64,000 nucleotides of DNA, from assembly GCA_963764165.1 (NCBI GenBank), contig CAVXRD010000003.1:576001-640000 (forward strand), in the 5' to 3' direction. Positions 30,998 to 40,284 of the stretch are shown here, piece by piece. The notes below the pieces were generated by a model. That model searched no databases and was not told the DNA's origin. It saw nothing but the letters and a program-made list of their open reading frames with translations. Each line of letters begins with the position of its first letter. The stretch's first letter is position 1. Source of the stretch: an uncultured Verrucomicrobiae bacterium. GTDB taxonomy: Bacteria; Verrucomicrobiota; Verrucomicrobiia; Limisphaerales; Palsa-1400. The translations under genes were made by a program, and so were the position numbers.

Positions 30998-31033
30998 GAC
31001 CGCGCTTATTTCCCATGCTCCGATGGAAAAATT

Positions 31034-31495
31034 ATGTTGACTAAAGTAACGCAGAAAAAGATCCGCAAGAGCCACGGCGCATTCGCCATCGTCGCCTCCC
31101 GATACAACGGCGTCTATGTCGACGCCATGCTTGAGGCGGCCGAGGCCGTTTTGAACGAAGCGGGCGTGAGGAAATTGCGGGTGGTGCGCGTGCCGGGTGC
31201 GTTTGAAATTCCTGCCGTGGCGGCCCGGCTGGCGGACGATTATTACTCGGCGATTATTTGCCTGGGAGTCATCATTCGCGGCCAAACCGATCATGCACAG
31301 CAAATCGGCAACGGCGTCAGTTATGCGCTGGCCAAGATACAGGTCGACTACGCATTGCCAGTGATTCACGAAGTGCTGCTCTTGGAAAACGAAGCGCAGG
31401 CAAAAGTCCGCTGCCTCGGCAAGGAGCACAACCGCGGGGCGGAGGCGGCCCACTCAGCCTTGGATATGGCGGAAGTGATGGAGTCGTTGCATTAG
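31034..31495 (+). CDS. ribH: 6,7-dimethyl-8-ribityllumazine synthase
   Basis: AIVASRYN, VPGAFEIP, ICLGVIIRGQTDH, NRGAEAA. Confidence 0.95.
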   Translation: MLTKVTQKKIRKSHGAFAIVASRYNGVYVDAMLEAAEAVLNEAGVRKLRVVRVPGAFEIPAVAARLADDYYSAIICLGVIIRGQTDHAQQIGNGVSYALAKIQVDYALPVIHEVLLLENEAQAKVRCLGKEHNRGAEAAHSALDMAEVMESLH

Positions 31496-31671
31496 GAACG
31501 GAGCACTCGCAGACGGGCGCCGGATTTCATTTCCGCTTCGGATTGCTGAATGGCGGCTTCAAACTCCGGAGTAAACCCCAACTGGTCCTCGACAAAGTCG
31601 TCAAGCCAATCCCGAACCTGGCGCAGTTCTGCGGTGGACAGCTTTCGCAATTCACTCTCAACTTGCTCCAT
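31492..31671 (-). CDS. Small acidic protein resembling an addiction-module component
   Basis: MEQVESELRKLSTAELRQVRDWLDDFVED... helical pattern of such proteins; start uncertain. Confidence 0.55.
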   Translation of the reverse strand: MEQVESELRKLSTAELRQVRDWLDDFVEDQLGFTPEFEAAIQQSEAEMKSGARLRVLRS

Positions 31672-31865
31672 TTTGCTCGTGGAACAGTAATGCAACGAAC
31701 ACTGCGGAGATTTCAAGCTTTCTATGATTCTGAAAAACTCCTGGCGTGCGCCCAGCTTACCTCGTGGATTAGCCCTTGTGAAAAGTTTCACATAGTGCTT
31801 GCGAACACCTCCCAGCCCGCTTAATTTTTTTCACAAATCGGTATGATTCCGATCCAAACAACAGT

Positions 31866-32594
31866 ATGAGAACTTTGACTTTTTCAATGATCCTCGCCGT
31901 GGTGGCGGGATCCATTCAATGGGCCTCGGCGGCGGACATTACGGGGAAAATCACGCTTAAAGGCACGCCGCCTGAGCCGTTAAAAATTCCTTATGACGAG
32001 GCGTGCAGCAAGTTGAACCCGACCGTCCTCACCACGCGCTTTTACGTTGTGGGCAAGGATAACGGCCTGGCCAATGTCTTCGTTTACATTTCCCAAGGTC
32101 TTCCGGAAGGCAAAACATACGCGCCTCCCGCCGAGCCGGTGGATCTCGACCAAGTCGGCTGCAATTACAACCCTTACGTCTTTGGCGTGATGGTGGGCCA
32201 GAAGGTCCGCATCAAGAATTCCGATGCCGTCATGCACAACATCCACGCCATGCCGAAAACCGATGGCAACGACGAATTCAATTTCGCCGAACCCAGCCAG
32301 GGCGACGTCAACGAGACTAAATGGACCGATGCGATCAAGAAGCCTGAAGTTTTGGTGAAGATTAAATGCGACGTGCATCAATGGATGTTTGCTTACGCCG
32401 GCGTCCGCCCGGATCCGTATTTCGCAGTGTCGGACCCGGATGGAAACTTTAAGATCAAGGACGTTCCGCCCGGCAAGTATACCGTGACGGCGTATCATTT
32501 GAAGGCGCACGGCGCCAAACCTGGAGAGACCGCAGAAGTAACGGTTGCGGATGGTCCCGCGACAGCTAATTTCACGGTTGAAGTGCCGAAATAA
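31866..32594 (+). CDS. Exported cupredoxin-like / carboxypeptidase-regulatory-like domain protein
   Basis: Signal peptide; DQVGCNYNP, NSDAVMHNIH, KCDVHQWM, VPPGKY. Confidence 0.75.
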   Translation: MRTLTFSMILAVVAGSIQWASAADITGKITLKGTPPEPLKIPYDEACSKLNPTVLTTRFYVVGKDNGLANVFVYISQGLPEGKTYAPPAEPVDLDQVGCNYNPYVFGVMVGQKVRIKNSDAVMHNIHAMPKTDGNDEFNFAEPSQGDVNETKWTDAIKKPEVLVKIKCDVHQWMFAYAGVRPDPYFAVSDPDGNFKIKDVPPGKYTVTAYHLKAHGAKPGETAEVTVADGPATANFTVEVPK

Positions 32595-32687
32595 CAGCGA
32601 ACGCTGTTGCAAGGATCGGTTGATTTTGGATCGTTTTGGCAATGACCCGGCAGTGCCGGGCTTTGCTATTTTGGTAATTGTTGTCTG

Positions 32688-33914
32688 TTGCAAAAAGTGA
32701 GTTTGATTCAAAGCAGGAATGTGTCGCTGAAGCGATTTGCGTTCGCCACCGCGCTGGTGACGTTCGTTCTCGTCTGGATAGGCGGCCTCGTCACCAGCCA
32801 CGAAGCCGGCATGTCCGTCCCCGATTGGCCTACGAGCTACGGTTACAACATGTTTTTCTTTCCCGTCTCGAAATGGATGGGGGGAATTCTATACGAACAT
32901 TCCCATCGCCTGGTGGCTTCGCTGGTTGGGTTGCTTACCAGCATCCTGGCGCTGTGGTTATTTGGAAGAAATTCGCGGCCCTTGATTCGTTGGATCGGAA
33001 TTATTTTCATCGTGGCCGGAATAGCGCTGACGTTCGTTTTTCCAAAGCACGCCGCCGAAAACTTGATGACCTCAGGAATGGGCCTGATCGGTTTGATCGC
33101 GAGCTTCTATTGGCCCGCATGTGAGCCTTCCGCGAAATGGCTGCGAACGCTTGGCGTGATTGCCTTTGTGGCAGTGGTGATCCAGGGAATGCTTGGCGGC
33201 TTTCGGGTCACGCAAAAAATGGCGGAACTTGGAATTTTTCACGGCGCACTGGCGCAAATGTTTTTCGCGCTGATTTGCGCCATTGCCTTGTTCCACTCGG
33301 ATTTCTGGCGAAGTCTTCCAATGCACGCAGAACGCGACCAACGTCATTTTCGCATGCTTTTCACGGTCACCACCGCTTTGGTGCTTTGCCAGCTTGTATT
33401 GGGAGCGACCATGCGCCATCAACATGCCGGATTGGCCATCCCGGATTTCCCCGCAGCCTACGGAAAGCTCTGGCCTGACACTGATCCGGCGGCGATTGCG
33501 CGTTACAATCAGCAGCGCAACACAATCTCCGAAGACGCTTTGATCACCGCCGCGCAAGTGGAATTGCAGATGGCTCATCGGATTTTGGCGCTCGTCGTAT
33601 TCTCGCTGGTCGGCCTGTGCGCGTGGCGCGCGTGGCGCGGACTTGGATCGAAGCATGTCCTGACGCGGTTTTCATTCATTTGGTTCGCGCTGGTCTCGCT
33701 GCAACTTGTCCTCGGCGCGGCCACGATTCTTACGGCCAAAGCGGCGGATATCGCCACCGCGCATGTTGCGTGCGGGGCGCTTTGCCTGGTCACCGGCACG
33801 CTGGCGTCGATCGTTTCTTTTCGTCTTTTAACGGTCCCCGCGGCCCAATTGGCTGGCGCGGAAAAAAATGAAGTGACTTCGCTTCTTGCGTCTAGCAGCA
33901 TCGTCGCGAAATAG
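32688..33914 (+). CDS. ctaA: Heme A synthase (COX15/CtaA)
   Basis: GGLVTSHEAGMSVPDWP, YEHSHRL, conserved His in HG, HR and HV; multiple TM helices. Confidence 0.92.
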   Translation: MQKVSLIQSRNVSLKRFAFATALVTFVLVWIGGLVTSHEAGMSVPDWPTSYGYNMFFFPVSKWMGGILYEHSHRLVASLVGLLTSILALWLFGRNSRPLIRWIGIIFIVAGIALTFVFPKHAAENLMTSGMGLIGLIASFYWPACEPSAKWLRTLGVIAFVAVVIQGMLGGFRVTQKMAELGIFHGALAQMFFALICAIALFHSDFWRSLPMHAERDQRHFRMLFTVTTALVLCQLVLGATMRHQHAGLAIPDFPAAYGKLWPDTDPAAIARYNQQRNTISEDALITAAQVELQMAHRILALVVFSLVGLCAWRAWRGLGSKHVLTRFSFIWFALVSLQLVLGAATILTAKAADIATAHVACGALCLVTGTLASIVSFRLLTVPAAQLAGAEKNEVTSLLASSSIVAK

Positions 33915-33915
33915 C

Positions 33916-34839
33916 GTGAAAGCCACCGCCACAACTCTCGCTGCGCCCGCGCCAATGGTGAAAACACCATCGGTCGAACGTTCGCGCGCCGGCGTGCTCA
34001 GCGACCTTTTCAAGGCCCGGCTGACGTCGCTGGTTCTGTTGACAACACTGGTCGGATTTTACGTCGGCTCGCGGCAGCCTGTGTCGTGGTGGCTGATGAT
34101 CAACACGCTTTTGGGAACCGCCGTTCTGGCCGGCGGCGCATCGGCGCTGAATCAATGGATGGAGCGCGGTTACGACGCAAAAATGCGCCGCACGCAGGAT
34201 CGCCCCCTGCCCTCCGGCCGGCTGACGCCGGAATCCGCGCTGTTGATCGGCGGGTTTTGCGGAATGGCGGGCATGATTTATCTGGCGCTCACGGTTAATT
34301 TGATCACAGCCGCTTTGGGCGCGTTGACGCTGGCAAGTTATCTCTTCATTTACACGCCCCTGAAGCGCGTCACGACGTTGAATACCGTCATCGGCGCGAT
34401 TCCCGGAGCGTTGCCGCCCCTGATGGGTTGGACGGCGGCGCGTGGGGAAGTCTCGACGGAAGGTTGGGCGCTTTTCGCAATACTGTGCTTCTGGCAATTG
34501 CCTCATTTTCTGGCCATCGCCTGGATGTATCGCGATGATTATGCGAAGGCGGGTTTTGTCATGCTCCCGGTGGTGGATCCGAGCGGAGAGCGGACTGGCC
34601 GGCAGGCATTTTGCCACACCATCGGATTGCTCCCTGTGAGCATGTGCCCGTTCCTGCTCAAAATGGTCGGGCCTGTTTACCTCGTCGGCGCGGTTTTGCT
34701 TGGCTTGGGATTTATCTGGTGCGCGTTTCAATTCTCCCGCGATCTCACGATGGCGAGGGCGCGAATGCTGTTTTTCGCTTCGATTATCTATTTGCCAGCA
34801 TTACTTGGATTAATGGTGCTTGATAAAATTGCGACTTAA
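33916..34839 (+). CDS. ctaB: Protoheme IX farnesyltransferase (heme o synthase)
   Basis: DAKMRRTQDRPLPSGR, YTPLKR, GALPPLMGW, WQLPHF, YRDDY. Confidence 0.96.
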   Translation: MKATATTLAAPAPMVKTPSVERSRAGVLSDLFKARLTSLVLLTTLVGFYVGSRQPVSWWLMINTLLGTAVLAGGASALNQWMERGYDAKMRRTQDRPLPSGRLTPESALLIGGFCGMAGMIYLALTVNLITAALGALTLASYLFIYTPLKRVTTLNTVIGAIPGALPPLMGWTAARGEVSTEGWALFAILCFWQLPHFLAIAWMYRDDYAKAGFVMLPVVDPSGERTGRQAFCHTIGLLPVSMCPFLLKMVGPVYLVGAVLLGLGFIWCAFQFSRDLTMARARMLFFASIIYLPALLGLMVLDKIAT

Positions 34840-34928
34840 ATTAGCCATTATGATTTCCATTGACACCCGGCTTTCGATAAAATTAAGCTCTAACCCGAAA
34901 TTGGCATCGTCAACGCCATAAAAAGGTC

Positions 34929-36761
34929 ATGCAGTCACATACAACCGGATCACACCACGCCGAAGCCGAGCATCATCACGATCCCGGCTTCTGGGAGCAG
35001 TATGTCTTCTCCACCGATCACAAGGTCGTTGGAATCCAATACGCCGTCACCGCCCTGCTCTTTTTGTTGTTTGGTTTCTGCCTGATGCTGATGATGCGCT
35101 GGCAGCTCGCGCACCCTGGCACGCCTATTCCCGTCATGGGCAAAATCCTTTCGCAATTTCTGGGCGAGGACATGGCGAGCAAGGAAGGCGTGATGTCGGC
35201 GGACTTGTATAATTCCTTCGGGGCGATGCATGGAACCATCATGGTGTTCCTCGCGGTCGTGCCTCTGCTGACGGGCGCTTTCGGAAACTACGTCATGCCG
35301 TTGCAAATCGGCGCGCCAGATATGGCTTTCCCGCGCCTGAACATGATGAGCTACCAGTTTTATTTCGTCGGCGGCGTGGTCATGTTCACCAGCTTTTTTG
35401 TGCCGGGCGGCGCCGCGAAATCCGGGTGGACGTCGTACTCGCCTCTGGCGAGCATTGCGGACACAGTTCATCATCCCAACGGCCAAACGTTCTGGCTCCT
35501 CGGAATGATCTTTTTGATCACGTCGTCACTGCTGGGTTCCGCCAACATTCTTACGACGATCATTCAATTGCGCGCGCCGGGTTTGACGTGGTTCCGGCTG
35601 CCCTTCTTCGTGTGGGCGCAGTTTGTGACCGCATTTCTGCTCTTGCTGGCCTTTCCTCCGCTCGAAGCGGCGGGTTGCCTCCAATTGATGGATAACGCAT
35701 TCGGGACGAGCTTTTTCCTTCCGACTGGCTTGGTGGTTTCTGGAAAACCGCTGCACGTCGCGGGTGGCGGAAGCCCCCTGCTCTGGCAGCACTTGTTTTG
35801 GTTCCTGGCCCATCCAGAGGTGTATGTATTGATTCTGCCGGCCATGGGAATCGTTGCGGAAGTCATAGCCAACAATACGCGCAAGCCGTTGTGGGGTTAC
35901 AAATCCCTCGTGTATGCGTCGATGGGTCTGGGCTTCCTCTCTTTCGTCGTTTGGGCGCACCACATGTATATGACCGGCATGGGAATTCACATCGCAACGT
36001 TCTTCCAAACCACCACGATGCTGATTTCGATTCCATCGGTGATCATCCTGACGGCGTTGCTGCTGTCCCTTTGGGGTGGTTCGATTCGCTTTAATACTCC
36101 GATGCTGTTTGCGGTCGGTTTCCTGCCGATGTTCGGCATTGGCGGACTTACGGGATTGCCGCTGGGTTTCAGCTCGAGCGACATTCAACTGCACGACAGT
36201 TATTACGTCATCGGCCACTTCCATTATGTCGTGGCGCCGGGGACCATCTTCGCGATTTTCGCGGGGATTTATTACTGGTATCCGAAGACGACGGGACGGT
36301 TTATGAGCGAATACTGGGGCAAGGTTCACTTCACGCTCTCGATGTTTTTCATCAACCTCGTTTTCATGCCAATGTTCATCCAAGGACTGGCCGGCATGTC
36401 CCGCCGCATGTATGACGGCGGCAATACGTACGCGGCGGCGAATGGCGGATTGGGCGGGTTGAGCCCGTTCGTTCTCAATTTGAACAAGGTGATTTCCTAC
36501 GGCGCATTCGGCCTGGCGATTTCCCAGATTCCTTTCATCATCAATTTTTTCTGGAGCATCCGCAACGGCAAGAAGGCGTCGGATAATCCTTGGGAAGCGA
36601 CGACATTGGAATGGCAAACGCCAACGCCTCCAGGCCACGGCAACTTTGACAAGCCGATTGAGGTTTTCCGCGGCCCTTACGATTACAACGTTCCTGGCGA
36701 CCACCGGGAATTTGCGCCGCAAAACGAGCCCACCACCCCAGCGCCCGCTTTTGTTTCATGA
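34929..36761 (+). CDS. ctaD: Cytochrome c oxidase subunit I (type A)
   Basis: STDHK, HGTIM, FWFLAHPEVY, WAHHM, HFHY heme/CuB ligands. Confidence 0.97.
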   Translation: MQSHTTGSHHAEAEHHHDPGFWEQYVFSTDHKVVGIQYAVTALLFLLFGFCLMLMMRWQLAHPGTPIPVMGKILSQFLGEDMASKEGVMSADLYNSFGAMHGTIMVFLAVVPLLTGAFGNYVMPLQIGAPDMAFPRLNMMSYQFYFVGGVVMFTSFFVPGGAAKSGWTSYSPLASIADTVHHPNGQTFWLLGMIFLITSSLLGSANILTTIIQLRAPGLTWFRLPFFVWAQFVTAFLLLLAFPPLEAAGCLQLMDNAFGTSFFLPTGLVVSGKPLHVAGGGSPLLWQHLFWFLAHPEVYVLILPAMGIVAEVIANNTRKPLWGYKSLVYASMGLGFLSFVVWAHHMYMTGMGIHIATFFQTTTMLISIPSVIILTALLLSLWGGSIRFNTPMLFAVGFLPMFGIGGLTGLPLGFSSSDIQLHDSYYVIGHFHYVVAPGTIFAIFAGIYYWYPKTTGRFMSEYWGKVHFTLSMFFINLVFMPMFIQGLAGMSRRMYDGGNTYAAANGGLGGLSPFVLNLNKVISYGAFGLAISQIPFIINFFWSIRNGKKASDNPWEATTLEWQTPTPPGHGNFDKPIEVFRGPYDYNVPGDHREFAPQNEPTTPAPAFVS

Positions 36762-37531
36762 TTATCCCATACACAGTAGAACAGCGCGAAGATACCGGCC
36801 TATACAACGCCAAGCTCGGCGTGTGGCTATTCCTGGCTTCGGAGGTCATGCTCTTCGGCGCGCTTTTTTCCTCCTACCTCTTGCTGCGTGTCGGCGCGGA
36901 TCCAGGCACTTGGCCGCGGCACTGGCTGGATTATAAATTGGGTGCGCTCAACACCTGCATCCTCATCGTTTCCTCGGTCACAAATGTGATCGCCTGGGCG
37001 CAGCTCAAGCTCGGTTCCTTCGGCAAATATCGAATTTACCAGGCGCTGACGATGATTCTCGCGGCGACATTCCTTTGCATCAAATCAACCGAATACTACA
37101 GCAAGTTCCATCACTTCACTGTCACGACCAAGGACGGCAAGATTATTGACGGTCATTTGGTAAAAGGTGAAACCACCAAGGACAAACTGGCTCTCGACGG
37201 CTGGTCCCCTGCCACGATGGCCGAAGTCATGGACCCTCCCGCCAAGATCGAGGAAAAGAAATTTGAAATCGAAAGCAACAACATCGTTGCGATTCAAAAC
37301 TACGGCCCGGCCCGGAACAATTTCACAGGCCTTTATTTCACCATGACCGCGTTGCATGTGCTCCATATTATCGGCGGAGCCATCGTTCTCTTCGCTATTT
37401 GGGGGCCGTTGAGCAGCATGTGGAAATCCGACCCAGAACGCTACACCAATCGCGTCGAAGTCGCCGGGCTTTTCTGGTCGTTCGTCGATTTGGTTTGGCT
37501 GTTTATCTTTCCGACGTTTTATCTTTTGTAA
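36758..37531 (+). CDS. ctaE: Cytochrome c oxidase subunit III
   Basis: WLFLASEVMLFGALF, LHVLH, FVDLVWLF. Confidence 0.93.
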   Translation: MIIPYTVEQREDTGLYNAKLGVWLFLASEVMLFGALFSSYLLLRVGADPGTWPRHWLDYKLGALNTCILIVSSVTNVIAWAQLKLGSFGKYRIYQALTMILAATFLCIKSTEYYSKFHHFTVTTKDGKIIDGHLVKGETTKDKLALDGWSPATMAEVMDPPAKIEEKKFEIESNNIVAIQNYGPARNNFTGLYFTMTALHVLHIIGGAIVLFAIWGPLSSMWKSDPERYTNRVEVAGLFWSFVDLVWLFIFPTFYLL

Positions 37532-37537
37532 CCGAAC

Positions 37538-37864
37538 ATGAACAAACCCACGGAACAGGAAATCAAAGACGTCCAGAAGCACGTTCAGCATCACATCATC
37601 ATCGCACTGGTGTTGATTGTCGGCAGCGCGACGACCTTGTGGACGTCGCAAACGCACTTCTCGAGCTTTGCCGTGAATGTTTACGCGACCCTCACGGTGG
37701 CTGCCATCCAGGGATTTCTCGTGGCCGCCTATTACATGCATTTGCTCTCGCAAAAGAAGATGATCTATACGTTTCTGGTATTTACCGCTATATTCTTTGT
37801 AGTGATGATTCGAATAACCTACTGGGCGCGCCTGCCGGAAAACGTGATCCATATAAATTCATAA
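37538..37864 (+). CDS. Cytochrome c oxidase subunit IV (CtaF-like)
   Basis: Three TM helices, LVAAYYMHL motif, follows subunit III. Confidence 0.8.
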   Translation: MNKPTEQEIKDVQKHVQHHIIIALVLIVGSATTLWTSQTHFSSFAVNVYATLTVAAIQGFLVAAYYMHLLSQKKMIYTFLVFTAIFFVVMIRITYWARLPENVIHINS

Positions 37865-37867
37865 TTT

Positions 37868-38074
37868 ATGTCACTCAAAGCTGTTCATATTGTCTTTATC
37901 ACCTGCTCGATTCTGCTGGCCTTCTTCCTTGGCGCCTGGCTCTGGCATGATTACGGCACGACGAAGGACACCACCGAAGGCGCCTTTGCCATCGGTTCCG
38001 GGATCACCGGCGTGCTGCTGCTCATTTACGCCAAAGCCATTTTGAGAAAACTCCGCCAAATCAGCTTTTTATGA
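37868..38074 (+). CDS. Small two-TM membrane protein in the oxidase operon
   Basis: 68 aa, MSLKAVHIVFI..., tightly packed in the operon. Confidence 0.7.
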   Translation: MSLKAVHIVFITCSILLAFFLGAWLWHDYGTTKDTTEGAFAIGSGITGVLLLIYAKAILRKLRQISFL

Positions 38075-38307
38075 GACGCTTCAAAACTCTTCTCTGCCCG
38101 GTCGTGATGGCCTGCGCCGCAAACGCCGCCGTCGCCTGCCCGGTTTGCTTCGGAAAATCGGATTCACCAATGGCGCAAGGCGTGAACGCGGGAATTTTTG
38201 TGATGCTCGGCGTCGTCGGCTGCGTGCTGGCGGGCGCCTCGGTGTTTTTTGTTTACCTGGCCCGCAAAGCATCCCACACGTCATCGCCAGTCAAACCAAA
38301 GAATTGA
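38071..38307 (+). CDS. Small membrane protein with CxxC motif in the oxidase operon
   Basis: Signal-like N-terminus, ACPVCFG, one TM helix; overlaps both neighbours. Confidence 0.7.
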   Translation: MRRFKTLLCPVVMACAANAAVACPVCFGKSDSPMAQGVNAGIFVMLGVVGCVLAGASVFFVYLARKASHTSSPVKPKN

Positions 38308-39077
38308 TGAAACCCGAACTCGCATGGCTCGGCTTGCCGCTGAACGCGTCCAAGGATGGCGGCGATATCGACACGCTGATTCTGGCCGTTCACATCCTGA
38401 TGTTCGCGCTGTTCGCGGGCTGGTTTGCATATTTCATCTATGTCCTTTTCCGATTTCAAAAATCGCGCCATCCCAAGGCGGACAACGTCGGCATCAAGAG
38501 CCACGCTTCCTCGTATCTGGAAGGCCTGGTCGCGCTGATAGAGGCCGCGCTGCTGATCGGCCTCGCCATCCCGATTTGGTCGAGAGCCACTGAAAAATTT
38601 CCGGACGCCAAAGAATCCACCGTCCTCCGCGTCATCGCGCAGCAATTTCAATGGAACGGCTGGTATCCCGGGACAAACGGCGTGTTCGTCAAGGCGGATC
38701 CGAAATTTGTGGATGGCAGCAATCCGTTTGGCTTCGACAAGTCTGACACAAATTACAATTATAATTTCACGGTGACCAAAGAATTCGTCGTGCCGGTTAA
38801 GAAGCCTGTGATCGTTTATCTTAGCTCGCTGGACGTGATTCACTCCTTCTCGTGCAGGCCGCTGCGGGCCATGCAGGATGCCATCCCTGGCGTCCCCGTC
38901 CCCCTCCATTTCACCCCGGCGCAGACGGGCACCTTCCAGATCAACTGCGCCCAGCTTTGCGGCAACTTCCATTACGGCATGCGCGGCACCGTCAAAGTCG
39001 TCGAACAACAAGAATACGATAAATGGATTGGCGACAAGGTGAAGGGGGCCATCGCAGCGGCCACCCCAGCTAAATAA
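38307..39077 (+). CDS. ctaC: Cytochrome c oxidase subunit II
   Basis: Two TM helices, AQQFQW, DVIHSF, CuA motif CAQLCGNFHYGM; ATG overlaps the upstream TGA. Confidence 0.95.
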   Translation: MKPELAWLGLPLNASKDGGDIDTLILAVHILMFALFAGWFAYFIYVLFRFQKSRHPKADNVGIKSHASSYLEGLVALIEAALLIGLAIPIWSRATEKFPDAKESTVLRVIAQQFQWNGWYPGTNGVFVKADPKFVDGSNPFGFDKSDTNYNYNFTVTKEFVVPVKKPVIVYLSSLDVIHSFSCRPLRAMQDAIPGVPVPLHFTPAQTGTFQINCAQLCGNFHYGMRGTVKVVEQQEYDKWIGDKVKGAIAAATPAK

Positions 39078-39087
39078 GGGGGCGCTT

Positions 39088-39705
39088 TTGTCCGAACGCA
39101 AATTGGAATGGGTTGTCTGGGGCGGATTGGGCGCAACCATCCTGATTATCTTGGGCGCGCTTGTGATTGTCCCCTTGCGGGCAAAACCCCTTCCCATCCT
39201 AGGCGTGATGTCTGATTTTTCGCTGACAAATCAGGACGGAAAAACTGTCACCCTTTCCAATTTGCGCGGCAATGCCTGGGTCGCCGACGTCATTTTCACG
39301 CGCTGCCCCGGCCAATGCCCCATCATGTCCAGCCACATGGCCGATTTGCAAAAGGCGCTCCCCGCTGATTCACAAATCAAGCTCGTCTCATTCACCACCG
39401 ATCCTGATTTCGACACCCCGCCCGTGCTGAAAAAATATTCGGAGCATTATGGCGCGCGCGACGGCCAGTGGCAATTCCTGACCGGGACAAAACCCGCCCT
39501 CCGCAAAGCCGCCGGCGAAGGACTGAAACTCAGTGCGCTTGACAAGCCCATCGAGGGCCGCGAAAGCGCAACCGATCTGTTCATCCACAGCGAGAAATTC
39601 GTCGTCATCGATCAAACCGGACAAATTCGGGGCTATTACGACGGCGAAGCCACCGATGGCATGAATCAGGCATTGGCCGCAGCCAAGAGTCTGGCGCACC
39701 AATGA
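39088..39705 (+). CDS. SCO family copper chaperone
   Basis: FTRCPGQCP (CxxxC), DPDFDTP, HSEKF. Confidence 0.93.
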   Translation: MSERKLEWVVWGGLGATILIILGALVIVPLRAKPLPILGVMSDFSLTNQDGKTVTLSNLRGNAWVADVIFTRCPGQCPIMSSHMADLQKALPADSQIKLVSFTTDPDFDTPPVLKKYSEHYGARDGQWQFLTGTKPALRKAAGEGLKLSALDKPIEGRESATDLFIHSEKFVVIDQTGQIRGYYDGEATDGMNQALAAAKSLAHQ

Positions 39706-40133
39706 AAGCCCCGGTCAATTTCCCCGCCATCAACGCAGCCCTCAACGGCCTGAGCGCCGTCTTGCTTGGCATCGGCTACGTCTTCATCCGCCAGAAGAAA
39801 ATCGCCGCGCACAAGCTGTGCATGATCAGCGCCTTCATCACGTCAGCCGTATTCCTGGCCTGTTACCTCACGTATCATTTCCTTTATCACGGATTCACCG
39901 CCTTCCGCGACCCTGCGTGGTTCCGTCCGATCTACATCACAATTCTACTGACGCACACCATTTTGGCGGTCGTCATTGTCCCGCTGATTTTGATGACATT
40001 GAGCCGCGCTTTGAAGGCGAGATTCGATCTGCATCAAAAGATCGCGCGTTGGACTTGGCCCCTATGGATGTATGTTTCGGTGACGGGCGTCGTCGTGTAT
40101 CTGCTGCTGTATCAAATTTTCCCGCAAAAATGA
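39702..40133 (+). CDS. DUF420 (CtaM-like) membrane protein
   Basis: INAALN, HKLCM, HTILA, HQKIARWTWPLWMYVSVTGV. Confidence 0.9.
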   Translation: MKAPVNFPAINAALNGLSAVLLGIGYVFIRQKKIAAHKLCMISAFITSAVFLACYLTYHFLYHGFTAFRDPAWFRPIYITILLTHTILAVVIVPLILMTLSRALKARFDLHQKIARWTWPLWMYVSVTGVVVYLLLYQIFPQK

Positions 40134-40284
40134 CACGCGAAAAAGCTCCAATGTCCTACCGTGACAGCCGCAGCTAATTTTCCGTGCGTTTCTGATGCGG
40201 GACGTCAGGCAACCGGGTAACTTGATGATCTGACCGCAATGGAATCAACTCGATGCGCGAGAGTTCCCTAGCGACGGCACTCTT

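Noticed and set aside
30752..31033. N-terminal extension of RibH in the ORF track
   Set aside because: Consists of translated REP palindromes.
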